60,955 nt of DNA from Promethearchaeia archaeon (GTDB lineage: Archaea; Asgardarchaeota; Lokiarchaeia; Sigyniarchaeales; SOKP01), in contig JAHQWL010000013.1 of NCBI GenBank assembly GCA_029856155.1, positions 1-60,955 on the forward strand, read 5' to 3'. A program made the translations under genes and the position numbers. Below the pieces are notes generated by a model. That model was not told the origin of the DNA and ran no database searches. It saw only the letters and a list, made by a program, of their open reading frames with translations. Numbering within the stretch: position 1 is the stretch's first letter; every line of letters starts with the position of its first letter. Shown piece after piece: positions 9,881 through 20,493 of the stretch.

Positions 9881-11257
9881 ATGAAATTTGACATTATACA
9901 AACAACCCCCTTATATAATGCTTTATCAGAAGTTGGAAAGAAAATATATCTTCCAGAGGGAATCTTTTATTGGGCAGGAAGAGCAAAAAAAGAGGCTGAA
10001 TTAATTGGAACTCTTGGATCTGCTTATGGATTTGAAAAAGATTTTATAGAGGGAGGAAATTCCGATTGGTTACCGTGTTATCTCAAAGAAATTGCAAATT
10101 ATTCTCAATTCTCTGTCAAAGAGATCATTCCATATACTTCTATTGGTGGTTTAAATGAAATAAGAAAAGTTTGGAAAGACTGGATAATCAAGAAATCGTT
10201 ATACGGCGAAGAAGATGAATCTCTTTTATCTAGATTAACTAAATATATAACAATGCCTGTAATCACAGGTGGAGTTACTAATGGAATTTTTCAAGGTTGT
10301 GTAATGTTTTTAAATCAAAACGATTATATTATCATGCCAAATAAGAGATGGGGTAATTATGATAATATAATTAACAAATTTATTAGGGCAAAAACTCGAA
10401 CATTTGAATTCTTTAACAATAGTGAGATGAATATTAATGGAATAGAAACTGCGATTAATGAAGTTGCTAAAATTCAAGATAAAGTTGTAATTCTACTGAA
10501 TTTTCCAAATAATCCCACGGGATATGTCCCTAAAAAAGAAGAGGCTTCCAATCTCATTAAGATGCTAAAGGAGAGTCAGAGAACTCTTGAGAAACCTATA
10601 ATAGTGTTGATTGATGACGCCTATGAGCCATATATTTATAATAATACTGTTATAAATAAGTCTATTTTTTATGATCTTCATCAATTAGATGAAAATATAA
10701 TTCCAATTAAGTTGGATGGTATTACTAAGGAACTTTTGATATATGGAGGGCGTATTGGTTTTATCACTCTTGGTTTAAAACCATCATGGGTAGAAAATGA
10801 AGAGGAATTAGAAAAACTAAAGGATGAGATAAATAATAAACTGGAAGGATTTATTCGTGCGACGATATCAAATTGTAACAGTTTTTACCAAGTAGTCGTC
10901 AATAAACTGTTTCAGGAGAATAGTATGGAACAAATCATCAAATCAAGAGACAAAGTAAAGAAGTTACTTAAAGAGAGGTATGAGAGTATTAATTTTGAGT
11001 TAAAAAAAATAAAAGATCCAGATATATCTATAGATCCTAATTCAGGTGGATTTTTTGTCTTTGTAAATTTGAATCCTGATAAAATTAAAGCAACAGTATT
11101 CGCAGATCACTTGCTAAACAAATATAAAGTAGGAATTATACCAGTCGAAAAATTAGATGAAAATATCAATGGAATTCGAATTGCGTATTGTTCTATAGAT
11201 CTTAGTAAAATACCAGAATTGGTGAAAAGAATTGATTTAGCTCTTAATGATTTTTAA
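9881..11257 (+). CDS. PLP-dependent aminotransferase class I/II
   Basis: NFPNNPTGY, DDAY, DGITKE...GGRIGF, IRIAY. Confidence 0.9.
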   Translation: MKFDIIQTTPLYNALSEVGKKIYLPEGIFYWAGRAKKEAELIGTLGSAYGFEKDFIEGGNSDWLPCYLKEIANYSQFSVKEIIPYTSIGGLNEIRKVWKDWIIKKSLYGEEDESLLSRLTKYITMPVITGGVTNGIFQGCVMFLNQNDYIIMPNKRWGNYDNIINKFIRAKTRTFEFFNNSEMNINGIETAINEVAKIQDKVVILLNFPNNPTGYVPKKEEASNLIKMLKESQRTLEKPIIVLIDDAYEPYIYNNTVINKSIFYDLHQLDENIIPIKLDGITKELLIYGGRIGFITLGLKPSWVENEEELEKLKDEINNKLEGFIRATISNCNSFYQVVVNKLFQENSMEQIIKSRDKVKKLLKERYESINFELKKIKDPDISIDPNSGGFFVFVNLNPDKIKATVFADHLLNKYKVGIIPVEKLDENINGIRIAYCSIDLSKIPELVKRIDLALNDF

Positions 11258-11368
11258 AGTAAGTCTAAAGATAAATACATATATATTATCTAAATTTATA
11301 AAATAGTTAGAAAAAAGATTTTATTAAAAAATTAGAACGCAAATTTAAAAAAAAAAAGGTTGAAATAA

Positions 11369-12376
11369 TTGAAACTTTTTATGATTGACCAAGGAAATTT
11401 AAAGGAAATCAATAAATTAATCTTTTCAAGTGGAGATGTTTATTTATTAGATGACGAGAAAACAATTTACGTATGGATTGGAAATAAATGCTCAGTAGAT
11501 GAGAAAACAGCAGGAGCCGCTCAAGCAAGAACCCTTGATCAACAACGTGGAGGCGCAGCAAAGATAATTACTGTAGATCAAGGACATGAACCAAGAGAAT
11601 TTCTTAAAGCAATAAATCCTTTAGGAGCAATGAAGATTGTAGAGAAAAACTATGCAAAAACACTACTTAAAGACGTCACAACTGGAGATTGGGCAGGCTT
11701 TCATGAGTGGAAAAACGTGCTCTACAGGGTCTCCTCAGAAGAATTTGAGGATATCAATGTTATGAAAATGATTCAAGTTCCCTTTAAAAAAGAATCATTA
11801 GAATCTGAAGATTGTTTTGTTGCTGATTTAGGAAATAAAGTCTATATTTGGCAAGGAAATGCATGTACTACTACTGAAAAAGTTAAAGCGGGACAATGGG
11901 CACGTTCGATTGACGCGGATAGAGCTGGATTACAACAAGAAACAATCTATGAAGAAGGTGATGATGTAGAATTTATAACAGCTTTAAGTAGAGGAGAAGA
12001 TTATAAAGAATCTGATGCCGTACAACTTAAAGCAGAATCAGTTTTAGAAGGAGAAGATGCGGATGATCGAGTAGCAAAAGCAATCCAACCAGAAATTAAA
12101 TCAGTAGTTAAAGATGTTTCTCCAGAAGAAGTAAAAGCAGATATTTCTGAAGTTAAAGCTTCAGGAGCAGCCCCAGGAATACCGGGAAGAACTGATACTT
12201 CTATCCTAACAGTGGAACATATTGATGGTCGAAGAAAATGCCCTGAATGTGGCAATGAAAACCCTCTTATGATTCATGAGATCGTCGATAAAGGAAATAT
12301 AATACTCGATTATCCCCGCATGTATGGCAAGAAATACCGTTGTGGGGAATGCGGCGTGGAATGGCGCGAAAAATAA
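11369..12376 (+). CDS. Two-domain gelsolin-like protein with C-terminal Zn ribbon
   Basis: Two gelsolin repeats (SSGDVYLLDDEKTIYVWIG..CSVDEK and ESEDCFVADLGNKVYIWQG..CTTTEK), followed by CPECG...CGECG. Confidence 0.85.
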   Translation: MKLFMIDQGNLKEINKLIFSSGDVYLLDDEKTIYVWIGNKCSVDEKTAGAAQARTLDQQRGGAAKIITVDQGHEPREFLKAINPLGAMKIVEKNYAKTLLKDVTTGDWAGFHEWKNVLYRVSSEEFEDINVMKMIQVPFKKESLESEDCFVADLGNKVYIWQGNACTTTEKVKAGQWARSIDADRAGLQQETIYEEGDDVEFITALSRGEDYKESDAVQLKAESVLEGEDADDRVAKAIQPEIKSVVKDVSPEEVKADISEVKASGAAPGIPGRTDTSILTVEHIDGRRKCPECGNENPLMIHEIVDKGNIILDYPRMYGKKYRCGECGVEWREK

Positions 12377-12444
12377 GTAAATAATCTTTATTTTTTATTC
12401 TTTTTTTAAACTCTTTAAAATATAAGAGAAATTCTGTATTAAAA

Positions 12445-13545
12445 TTAAGTTCTTTGAAGATCTCGTCTCATTAACTTGATCTTCTTTTTTAGTTCAATAA
12501 TCTCATTACTTTTTTGTTCAATATCAGATTCAAGTACCATTTTTTCATCTTTTATTTTTTGAATATCATTTAATTGTGCTTCTTTTAATAGTTTAATTTC
12601 TTGCGAGTTGTCTTGTGCTTTTGCTGCTTCTTGTTTTAGATTTTTAATTTCATTTTGTTTATCATCTAACATATTACGAAGATTAGCTAATTCCATTTCA
12701 AATTTACCAGTGAGATTTCCGGATTTATTGTGTGCTTCTTCTAATTTTTCTTCAAGACGTTCAATTATTTCTTTGTTAGTAATATTTTTTTGTTTTAACT
12801 CTTCAATTTCGACGACTAAAGTTTTATTTCTCTCTACTTTTTTCTCAAGATCTTTTTTGACTAAATTAAATGTTTCTAATTGTTGTTGAAGATCATGAAT
12901 CTTTTGATTCGCTGTTTTTATGTCATTTTCGATACTAAAAATCTCTTTTTCTTTTTCTGTTATAATTTCATCTTTTTTTTCTAATAGAACTTCAAGTTTA
13001 TCAAACTTTGATTTTTGAATAGAGTCACTCTCAAGGTAATGCAATTGTTCTTTTAACTCTTTAATCATAATCTCTTTTTCATTTAATTTATTGGCTAAAG
13101 TTTGATTGTCAGTTTGATCTGATTGATTTTGTTCAATTTGGGTTGTCAAATCTTTAATTTTTTCAATTTGATCATTAATAATATTATTTAATTTTGTAGA
13201 TTGCTCATTAAGGGTAGAATTCAAATTTTCAATTTCATCGTTTTTATTCTCAATCGTTTCATATAATTTTTGAATTGCTTGCCCTTGAACAGCTTTTTCT
13301 TCCGCCTTTTGATATAAATCTTGAAGGTTTTCTTCTAATATTTGTATTTTTTCATTTTTTTCGTTGATTTTACCGACTAATTTTTTATTTTCTTCCATAA
13401 AATATTTGAGTTGTTCTTTTAGGTTATCATCAACGTCTAAACCTACTTCCTCTTCCTCAGTTTCCTCGACCCAACCCAGTTGACCTAAAGCATCTACAAT
13501 TGATTTATCCTCATCTTCTTCATGACCTTCACGCTCATTAGACAT
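12445..13545 (-). CDS. Long coiled-coil protein with acidic N-terminus
   Basis: Continuous E/K/Q/L heptad pattern over about 320 aa. Confidence 0.7.
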   Translation of the reverse strand: MSNEREGHEEDEDKSIVDALGQLGWVEETEEEEVGLDVDDNLKEQLKYFMEENKKLVGKINEKNEKIQILEENLQDLYQKAEEKAVQGQAIQKLYETIENKNDEIENLNSTLNEQSTKLNNIINDQIEKIKDLTTQIEQNQSDQTDNQTLANKLNEKEIMIKELKEQLHYLESDSIQKSKFDKLEVLLEKKDEIITEKEKEIFSIENDIKTANQKIHDLQQQLETFNLVKKDLEKKVERNKTLVVEIEELKQKNITNKEIIERLEEKLEEAHNKSGNLTGKFEMELANLRNMLDDKQNEIKNLKQEAAKAQDNSQEIKLLKEAQLNDIQKIKDEKMVLESDIEQKSNEIIELKKKIKLMRRDLQRT

Positions 13546-13611
13546 ATGTTTAACAACACCATTTAATATATTAAATTTTTTTATTATTCCTTCTTGAATT
13601 ATTAATAATCA

Positions 13612-14085
13612 TTAAACATTAAAAACATATTTTCTATCAAGAAAAAACTTTGTCAAATAGCCTATTGATAATGCGACGATAAAGCTTATTTCTAGAGGTG
13701 AATTTAGATAGTTTGTTAATATAAATTGAATACCTATATTCTCAATAGTAGTTAATATGGCAAATCCAAAATATTTAACAAATTCTATTGATGTATCTTT
13801 TAATTCCGTTCCTGTTTTTCTAAATACAATAAATTTATCTAAGAAAAACTTAATAATATATGTAATCCCAACAGCAAATATGGAACCAATTAGTTCTGGC
13901 ATATTAAATGGTTCAGTTGAACAATAAAATATATGGAAAAATTCAATTGTGCCATAAGATTGACAAATAAAAGGTGCTACAACTAATTGGTTTAACTTTT
14001 GAATTAAATAGTTGAGCCCTATCATAATTGCTGCAAAAACAAAATAGAGGGTCATTTGTCTTTTTATATCGTTATTTTCTGACAT
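13612..14085 (-). CDS. GtrA family membrane protein
   Basis: Four TM helices; duplicated KFFLDK/RFxVF motif. Confidence 0.8.
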   Translation of the reverse strand: MSENNDIKRQMTLYFVFAAIMIGLNYLIQKLNQLVVAPFICQSYGTIEFFHIFYCSTEPFNMPELIGSIFAVGITYIIKFFLDKFIVFRKTGTELKDTSIEFVKYFGFAILTTIENIGIQFILTNYLNSPLEISFIVALSIGYLTKFFLDRKYVFNV

Positions 14086-14099
14086 TACATAACCTCATA

Positions 14100-14423
14100 T
14101 TATATTTTATTTAATTTTTCTCCACAATGATAGCAAAATTTTGCATTTAATTTTGAAACTTCTCCGCCACATCTCGGGCAATATCTTATTATTGAGTCTT
14201 TAGAATTCTGGAAAGAAAAATCTTTAGTTATTTTATTTTCACCTTTAATTTTATTTTCACGGTTAGTTCTAAATGAGAAGGGTAAGAAGCAAATAATTGG
14301 GATAAAGAAAAAAAAATCGATAGAGAATGATAAAATGGCAAATAATATAAACAATCCAATAAAAAGCAGATTTAAAACATTATTTCGATTCATTATTATT
14401 TTAAAGTAAAGAGCGATTAACAA
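14100..14423 (-). CDS. Small membrane protein with C-terminal double zinc ribbon (true start probably MNRNN)
   Basis: TM hairpin followed by YCPRCG...AKFCYHCGEKL. Confidence 0.7.
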   Translation of the reverse strand: MLIALYFKIIMNRNNVLNLLFIGLFILFAILSFSIDFFFFIPIICFLPFSFRTNRENKIKGENKITKDFSFQNSKDSIIRYCPRCGGEVSKLNAKFCYHCGEKLNKI

Positions 14424-14442
14424 ATTAAATTATTTTATTCTT

Positions 14443-15081
14443 TTAATCTTCAATGCGTTCTTTCCAAGAATCTTTTCTTGATGATAAGTCTTCACTTTTA
14501 TCTTCAGGAGTCATGCCACCAGAATCGTTTAAATGAGTTAGAGTATTAGAAGATATCTGAAAAGGAAGTCCTTCATCTCGTTGAGTTGGGGAGACCATCC
14601 CCATAATCTCTTTTAAATAACTCGGTGTTTTTGTTTCCTTTCCTGTAATCTTTTTATAGAGCTTTTTTACCCCATATATTAGTAAAGAAAAGCCAATTGA
14701 AAAGAGGATATAAATAGCAATCCAACCATCGCCAAAAAAAAGGATTGGGAAGGGTAACAATCCAGTATTATACTTTGAATAAACAATTCCCAGAATAGCA
14801 AATATACCAATAAAAATGATACATCTAACGCACATTGGTACTAATTGCTTTTTCATCATTTGTTTCATAAATTGTACTGATTCTTGCTGGGTTTGTGCCA
14901 GCATTTGATAATCACCCATAAGCTGAGCGTTTTTAATACGTTCTTGGAGATTCAATGCATTTTTCCTCATTTCACTTAACACTTCTTTTCTTAATCCTAA
15001 TATGTAATTAAGAACCATACCTAGGATTATCATACCAATGGTTATGAACATAATTTGGATAATAATTATTCCATTTGACAT
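14443..15081 (-). CDS. DUF106 / EMC3-TMCO1 (Oxa1 superfamily) membrane protein
   Basis: TM1, cytosolic coiled coil, Met-rich MKQMMKKQLVPM, and GWIAIYILFS motif. Confidence 0.75.
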   Translation of the reverse strand: MSNGIIIIQIMFITIGMIILGMVLNYILGLRKEVLSEMRKNALNLQERIKNAQLMGDYQMLAQTQQESVQFMKQMMKKQLVPMCVRCIIFIGIFAILGIVYSKYNTGLLPFPILFFGDGWIAIYILFSIGFSLLIYGVKKLYKKITGKETKTPSYLKEIMGMVSPTQRDEGLPFQISSNTLTHLNDSGGMTPEDKSEDLSSRKDSWKERIED

Positions 15082-15198
15082 AATTCAATCACTATATTAG
15101 GAAAAACATATTTAAAATTAAATTTTTTGAATTCGTTATTGCCTTTAATTATTCATTTAAATCTTAATAAAAAAATTAGGAACATGTGAAAAGGTTTA

Positions 15199-16272
15199 TT
15201 ATCTTAATCCACCATCTATAAATCCTTTAACATATTTAGCATAAACTGTTTTCCACCGAGTTGGAATTGAAGATGCTATAGCACAACCTAATCGGCAATT
15301 ATCGCAGAACCGGTAATTATCATGCATTTTCATTATTTCTTTTACTTTATCAGAATGATAAATCGTAGATAATGGATATTTTAAAGCATTAAATTTCTCT
15401 ATAGGGTGAATTTTACATGGATAACTAATAAATCCATCATGACTAATGAATAAATAAGCTTCAGCGACATGACAACGTAATATATTTTGGTGATATTGCG
15501 GATAGCCCCCGAAACCTTTCTGAACCACCTCAACACTGATAGGATCTGTTAAGATATTTCGATATTTTTTTCTTAATATCCGAATCTGATTCGCCCATAT
15601 AGGAATATTTGGTATCATTTCTTGAATATCTTGGATCTGATAACTTTTATCTGGATAATCTCTGATAATATCTTCGCATGGATATATCTCAATTGAGCAT
15701 CCTAGTTTTTCAGCTAATTGGCAAATTTCATCCAAAAGATGGATATTATCTTTCATAACTACTGTACTGATAATGACTTTAATGTCACGTTTGTTTGCTA
15801 AATGAATAGATTCTATAACTTTATCAAATACTTTAATACCTCTCATTTTATTATGTAATTCGGCTGTGGGGTAATCCAATGAGATTAGAACATAATCTAG
15901 GCCTTCAATTTTATTTTCTTTGAATAATTTAGGTAGTAAATACCCATTAGTAGCCATCCCATTCATGAAATCATGGACTACTCCTGTATGATATATTAGT
16001 TCTGGTAGATCTTTTCTTAATGTGGGTTCTCCACCTGTAAAAGAGAGAGCAAGCACACCTAGGTTAGCTAATTCATCGATAAGATGTTTTATTTGTTCTG
16101 TAGTCATATCAGTACCTAAAAGGGATTCGGGTAAAGAATGGATTGAACAAAATGAGCACTTTGCATTACAACGCAATGTTAATTCTATCTGAGCCGAATA
16201 GGGAACCTTTCGACTAGTAAAATTATTTAATACAAAGTTTTTAATGTATTTAATCCATGTCTTAGGTCTCAT
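15199..16272 (-). CDS. Radical SAM protein with SPASM/twitch-like C-terminus
   Basis: CNAKCSFC, FTGGEPTLR, C-terminal CDNCRLGC. Confidence 0.9.
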   Translation of the reverse strand: MRPKTWIKYIKNFVLNNFTSRKVPYSAQIELTLRCNAKCSFCSIHSLPESLLGTDMTTEQIKHLIDELANLGVLALSFTGGEPTLRKDLPELIYHTGVVHDFMNGMATNGYLLPKLFKENKIEGLDYVLISLDYPTAELHNKMRGIKVFDKVIESIHLANKRDIKVIISTVVMKDNIHLLDEICQLAEKLGCSIEIYPCEDIIRDYPDKSYQIQDIQEMIPNIPIWANQIRILRKKYRNILTDPISVEVVQKGFGGYPQYHQNILRCHVAEAYLFISHDGFISYPCKIHPIEKFNALKYPLSTIYHSDKVKEIMKMHDNYRFCDNCRLGCAIASSIPTRWKTVYAKYVKGFIDGGLR

Positions 16273-16283
16273 TCGAGGAATTT
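16232..16283. repeat. 52-bp direct repeat, copy 1 (5' end of radical SAM gene)
   Basis: 48/52 identical to 20227-20278. Confidence 0.85.
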
Positions 16284-16398
16284 CTTACACCTTCTCAATT
16301 GATATCATTCGTTATGAAAATGAAATCGTAAGTAATGATTTTATAGGATTTAATTTTATTAGAATTAAAAATATAACCAAAAAAAAATATAAATAAAT

Positions 16399-18207
16399 AT
16401 GGGGAACAACGAGAGAGTTAATTTTTTAGAACGTAGAAAGAGATTTCTTAATCAAGAGTATAAGACTCCAGTTAGACAAGTTCTTTCTTATCTATGGGAG
16501 TATAGGAAGATATTTGCTATAATCCTAATTTTTGGTTTCTTTCAATCAATTCTTTTTTTAACATTTCCTCTATTTTTAGGACCAGCAATGGATGTTTTAG
16601 TTAATCCTAGTATTCCTATTGAAACTGTCTTTCCAATTCTTTTTAGTGTTATTTTCATACAAGGATTTGTGGGTATCCTTTTTGGAATCCGCATTTATAT
16701 AAATCGATGGATTGGAGCAAGAATTATTTATAATTTAAGAAATGATCTTTTCTCAACTATTCAGAAAATGTCTTGGTCTTGGCTAGATAAAAATAAAACT
16801 GGAGAGTTAATATCTCGTACAACCAGCGATGTCAATTTACTTAAAGAATTTTTAGGAAATAATTTACAATATTTTGCGGGGGAATGTTTTACTTTTTTAT
16901 TTAGTTTTGTTATCCTTTTTATAATAAATAAGGAGTTAGCTTTTTTTGTTTTAATTATATCTCCTGCATTATTTTATGTTTTACTGGTTTTTAGAAAAAA
17001 AATAAGACCTGTATTTAAAAAATCACGAAAAACTTATGCAGAATTAACACATGCAATTCAAGAAAATGTTCAGGGAATTACTGTTGTGAAATCCTTCGGA
17101 AGAGAGGCCTATGAAATTAAAAAATTTACAAAAAAAAATGATTCTTATTTTAATGATTCAATGGGAATTATAAAACTTCAGGCAACATTCGATCCTATTA
17201 TCTATCTTATTGACAATATAGCTTTCTTAATAGTACTTCTTTTTGGGGGTTTTTTAGTACTTAGGAACAGTATGAGTTTTGGAGATTTATTCGCTTTTGT
17301 GATGGTTTTAAACTTTTCAGTGGGACCATTATACTATATCTCACGTTTTTTAGGAAATATGCCTCAAATTAGTGAAACATGCGAAAGAGTTACTTTTATC
17401 TTAAATTCTGAAATTATTGTAAAAGAAAAACAGAATGCAATTGATTTACCTTCAATCCAAGGCGAAGTAGAGTTTAAAAATGTTTATTTTACATTTAACA
17501 AAGAAAATGATTATTATATTTTGAAGAATATTAATTTTAAAGTTAAACCAGGAGAAAATATTGCGATTTTAGGTGCTACAGGGTCAGGAAAATCTGCTCT
17601 AATTAAATTAATACCTCGATTTTATGATATTTCGAAGGGAGAAATTTTAATCGATGGTATAAATATTGAAGATGTTACTTTCAAATCATTAAGGAAACAA
17701 ATTGGTTATGTTTCACAGGAACGCTTATTATTTTCTCGTTCCATAAAGGAGAATATTACTTTTGGAAATAAAGAAATTGATTTAGAGGATATTAAAAAAG
17801 TAGCTATCGCTTCGGATATTTATCAATTCATAGAAGAAGAATTACCAGAAAAATATAATGCTAAAGTAAGTGAAAGAGGTATGACTGTGTCTGGGGGACA
17901 AAAACAAAGGATTGCCATCGCTCGAGCTCTTGCTATAAAACCAAAAATACTTATACTTGATGATGCAACCTCTTCTGTTGATGTTGACACGGAATATAGA
18001 ATCCAGAAACATTTTGAGGAAGTTTTCAAAGATTCAACCACTTTCCTTATAACTCAACGTTTATCAAGTGTAAGAAATGCAGACAGAATTATTGTTTTAG
18101 AAAAAGGGGAGATCTCTCAGATTGGAACTCATGAAGAATTAATGAATCAAGACGACGGTATTTATAAAAAGCTTTATTTAACATTAAAAGTCGAGGAGAG
18201 AGCCTAA
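16399..18207 (+). CDS. ABC exporter half-transporter (TMD+NBD), subunit 1
   Basis: GATGSGKS, VSGGQKQR; degenerate Walker B (LDDAT) and switch (ITQR). Confidence 0.92.
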   Translation: MGNNERVNFLERRKRFLNQEYKTPVRQVLSYLWEYRKIFAIILIFGFFQSILFLTFPLFLGPAMDVLVNPSIPIETVFPILFSVIFIQGFVGILFGIRIYINRWIGARIIYNLRNDLFSTIQKMSWSWLDKNKTGELISRTTSDVNLLKEFLGNNLQYFAGECFTFLFSFVILFIINKELAFFVLIISPALFYVLLVFRKKIRPVFKKSRKTYAELTHAIQENVQGITVVKSFGREAYEIKKFTKKNDSYFNDSMGIIKLQATFDPIIYLIDNIAFLIVLLFGGFLVLRNSMSFGDLFAFVMVLNFSVGPLYYISRFLGNMPQISETCERVTFILNSEIIVKEKQNAIDLPSIQGEVEFKNVYFTFNKENDYYILKNINFKVKPGENIAILGATGSGKSALIKLIPRFYDISKGEILIDGINIEDVTFKSLRKQIGYVSQERLLFSRSIKENITFGNKEIDLEDIKKVAIASDIYQFIEEELPEKYNAKVSERGMTVSGGQKQRIAIARALAIKPKILILDDATSSVDVDTEYRIQKHFEEVFKDSTTFLITQRLSSVRNADRIIVLEKGEISQIGTHEELMNQDDGIYKKLYLTLKVEERA

Positions 18208-18209
18208 AA

Positions 18210-20120
18210 ATGAGGAAGAAAAGGAAAAAAACAGAAGCATTTGAAAATGAGGAGGAATATAAGGGAAGAACTTTCAAAATTTTAAAAAGATTAATTCAAT
18301 ATATTGGTTCTGGTAATAATAGGTTAGTATATCCACTTATAGTTTTAATTATATCAAATGTTATTATAAATTGGTTTACACCATTAATTTTTAGGTCATT
18401 AGTTGATGAAGGCTTAGGTGGAGGAATTGGGGCTAATGAGGGAGATATTGACATTGTAATCTTTTTAGGGACATTTTTCTTCATTTTTACCATAACTGGA
18501 GTATTAACAAGAATTGCCCAAGGATATATTATCTCGAAATTAGCAACTTTAACAATGTATAATTTAAGGTATGAATTATTTGTTAAATTTCAAAAATTAG
18601 GTTTAGATTACCATGAAAGTTCAAAACATACGACAGGAAAGAAACTTAATTATTTAACTGGTGATATCAATACAATTCAACAATTAATTCAATCAGGTCT
18701 CCTACTCTCTGTAAGTAATTTTTTCCTAATTATTGGATCATTAATTTTTATGATAGTACTTAGCCCTATTTTAACAGCAATTTTATTTATGATTGTTCCT
18801 CTATTTTTTGGAATTGCAGGCATTTTATTTAAAAAAGCGAGAAAATATTTTAAAGAATTAAGAGAGAGGATTGCTATAGTGACTAGCATATTAGATGAAT
18901 CAATTATGGGAATGAGGATTATACAATCATTCACTGTAGAAGAGGATAATTATGATGAATTTAATAAAGCAACTGAATTAGAAAAACAGACAACTATGAA
19001 AACTGCTAAATTAATGGCGTTTATACCCGGAATTATTATCATAGTTATAGCTATCGGTATTAGTTCCCTATTTTTTACTTCTGGTATTTTAATTCGTGAA
19101 GGATTACTAACCCAAGGAACCTTATTTGCTTTTATTTTTTACTTATTTTCATTTTTTGAACCACTATTTTCACTCATAGGTTTAATAACTCTCTTACAAA
19201 ATTCTATAGCAGCAGGCGCAAGAATAATTCGAATTTTAGATGAAAATATTTCAATAACTGAAAAAGAAAATGCTGTTGAAATTCAAAATATCGAAGGAAA
19301 GATTGAATATAATAATGTAAGTTTTTCATATGAAGAGGGTGTTGCAGTTCTAAAGAATATTGATATTACGGTTAATGATAAGGAAAGATTAGCTTTAGTT
19401 GGATATACTGGTGCTGGAAAAAGTACTTTCGTTAAACTTCTAAGCAGGTTCTATGATCCCATAGAAGGTGAAATAAAGATTGATGGTTTTAATTTAAAGA
19501 ATCTAAAAATTAAGAGTTTTAGAGATAATTTAGGGATTGTTCTGCAAGAAAATTTTCTATTTTCTGGAACTATTAAAGAAAACATTAGATATGGAAAACT
19601 GGAGGCTAATGATGACGAAATAAAAGAAGCTGCTAAAAAAGTAAAAGCTCATGAATTTATCATGGAATTTGAAAATGGTTATGATACTATTGTTGGTGAA
19701 AGAGGAAGCCGATTATCAGAGGGTCAAAAACAATTAATCGCATTTGCTAGAACTTTAATAGCAGATCCTCCCATCTTAATATTAGATGAAGCAACTTCAT
19801 CAATTGATCCCTATAGTGAGCTTTTAATTCAACAAGCTTTAGAAACTTTATTGAAAGGACGTACAAGTATCTCAATAGCCCATAGATTATCTACAATTAT
19901 AAATTCAGACCGAATAATTGTGTTAGATAAGGGCCAAATCATAGAACAAGGCTCACATCAAGAACTAGTAGAAAAAGATGGCTTTTATAATCACTTATAT
20001 AGAATGCAATTTAAAGATCCATTTAAAAAAGAAAAACCAGATGATATTAAAGAATTTCGATTAATAGATACAAATAGGGAGAATTTTGATGATAAGAAAA
20101 GATTTCAACAATTTTTTTAA
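18210..20120 (+). CDS. ABC exporter half-transporter, subunit 2 (heterodimer partner)
   Basis: GYTGAGKS, LSEGQKQ, LDEATS, IAHRLST. Confidence 0.92.
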   Translation: MRKKRKKTEAFENEEEYKGRTFKILKRLIQYIGSGNNRLVYPLIVLIISNVIINWFTPLIFRSLVDEGLGGGIGANEGDIDIVIFLGTFFFIFTITGVLTRIAQGYIISKLATLTMYNLRYELFVKFQKLGLDYHESSKHTTGKKLNYLTGDINTIQQLIQSGLLLSVSNFFLIIGSLIFMIVLSPILTAILFMIVPLFFGIAGILFKKARKYFKELRERIAIVTSILDESIMGMRIIQSFTVEEDNYDEFNKATELEKQTTMKTAKLMAFIPGIIIIVIAIGISSLFFTSGILIREGLLTQGTLFAFIFYLFSFFEPLFSLIGLITLLQNSIAAGARIIRILDENISITEKENAVEIQNIEGKIEYNNVSFSYEEGVAVLKNIDITVNDKERLALVGYTGAGKSTFVKLLSRFYDPIEGEIKIDGFNLKNLKIKSFRDNLGIVLQENFLFSGTIKENIRYGKLEANDDEIKEAAKKVKAHEFIMEFENGYDTIVGERGSRLSEGQKQLIAFARTLIADPPILILDEATSSIDPYSELLIQQALETLLKGRTSISIAHRLSTIINSDRIIVLDKGQIIEQGSHQELVEKDGFYNHLYRMQFKDPFKKEKPDDIKEFRLIDTNRENFDDKKRFQQFF

Positions 20121-20226
20121 AGTCAATTTAATCTTAATATGCATTTATTGAAAATATTAATTTTCAATTTAAAAAATAATACTAAATATAAAATAAGAAA
20201 AGAAAAAAAAGATTAAACAAAATAAA

Positions 20227-20278
20227 ACAAAGTTTTTAATGTATTTAATCAATGTGTTAGTTCTTATTCGAGGAATTT
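20227..20278. repeat. 52-bp direct repeat, copy 2 (degenerate duplicate of radical SAM 5' end)
   Basis: acaaagtttttaatgtatttaatcaatgtgttagttcttattcgaggaattt versus 16232-16283. Confidence 0.85.
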
Positions 20279-20493
20279 AATTCTACACCGCGCATACTGT
20301 ATTAATTAACTAATTAAGAATTTAAAGTATATTGAGATTAAAAATCTAACTGAAAGTAATTATTACAAGATTTCTAATAAAGATATCGCGCTTTTTAGAT
20401 GTAATAAATAAAAATTTAAAAAAAAAATGTTACATATAATCTTCTTGATGGAAGATATCTTCAATAAAATTAGCTAAATTGAAGAAGTGGTTT

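Noticed and set aside
12608-12889. Shadow ORFs antisense or out of frame to real genes (e.g. 12608-12889, 20588-20854, 21029-21439, 28808-29125, 29246-29611, 41370-41684, 42864-43205, 56806-57177)
   Set aside because: They overlap well-supported genes and have no motifs of their own.
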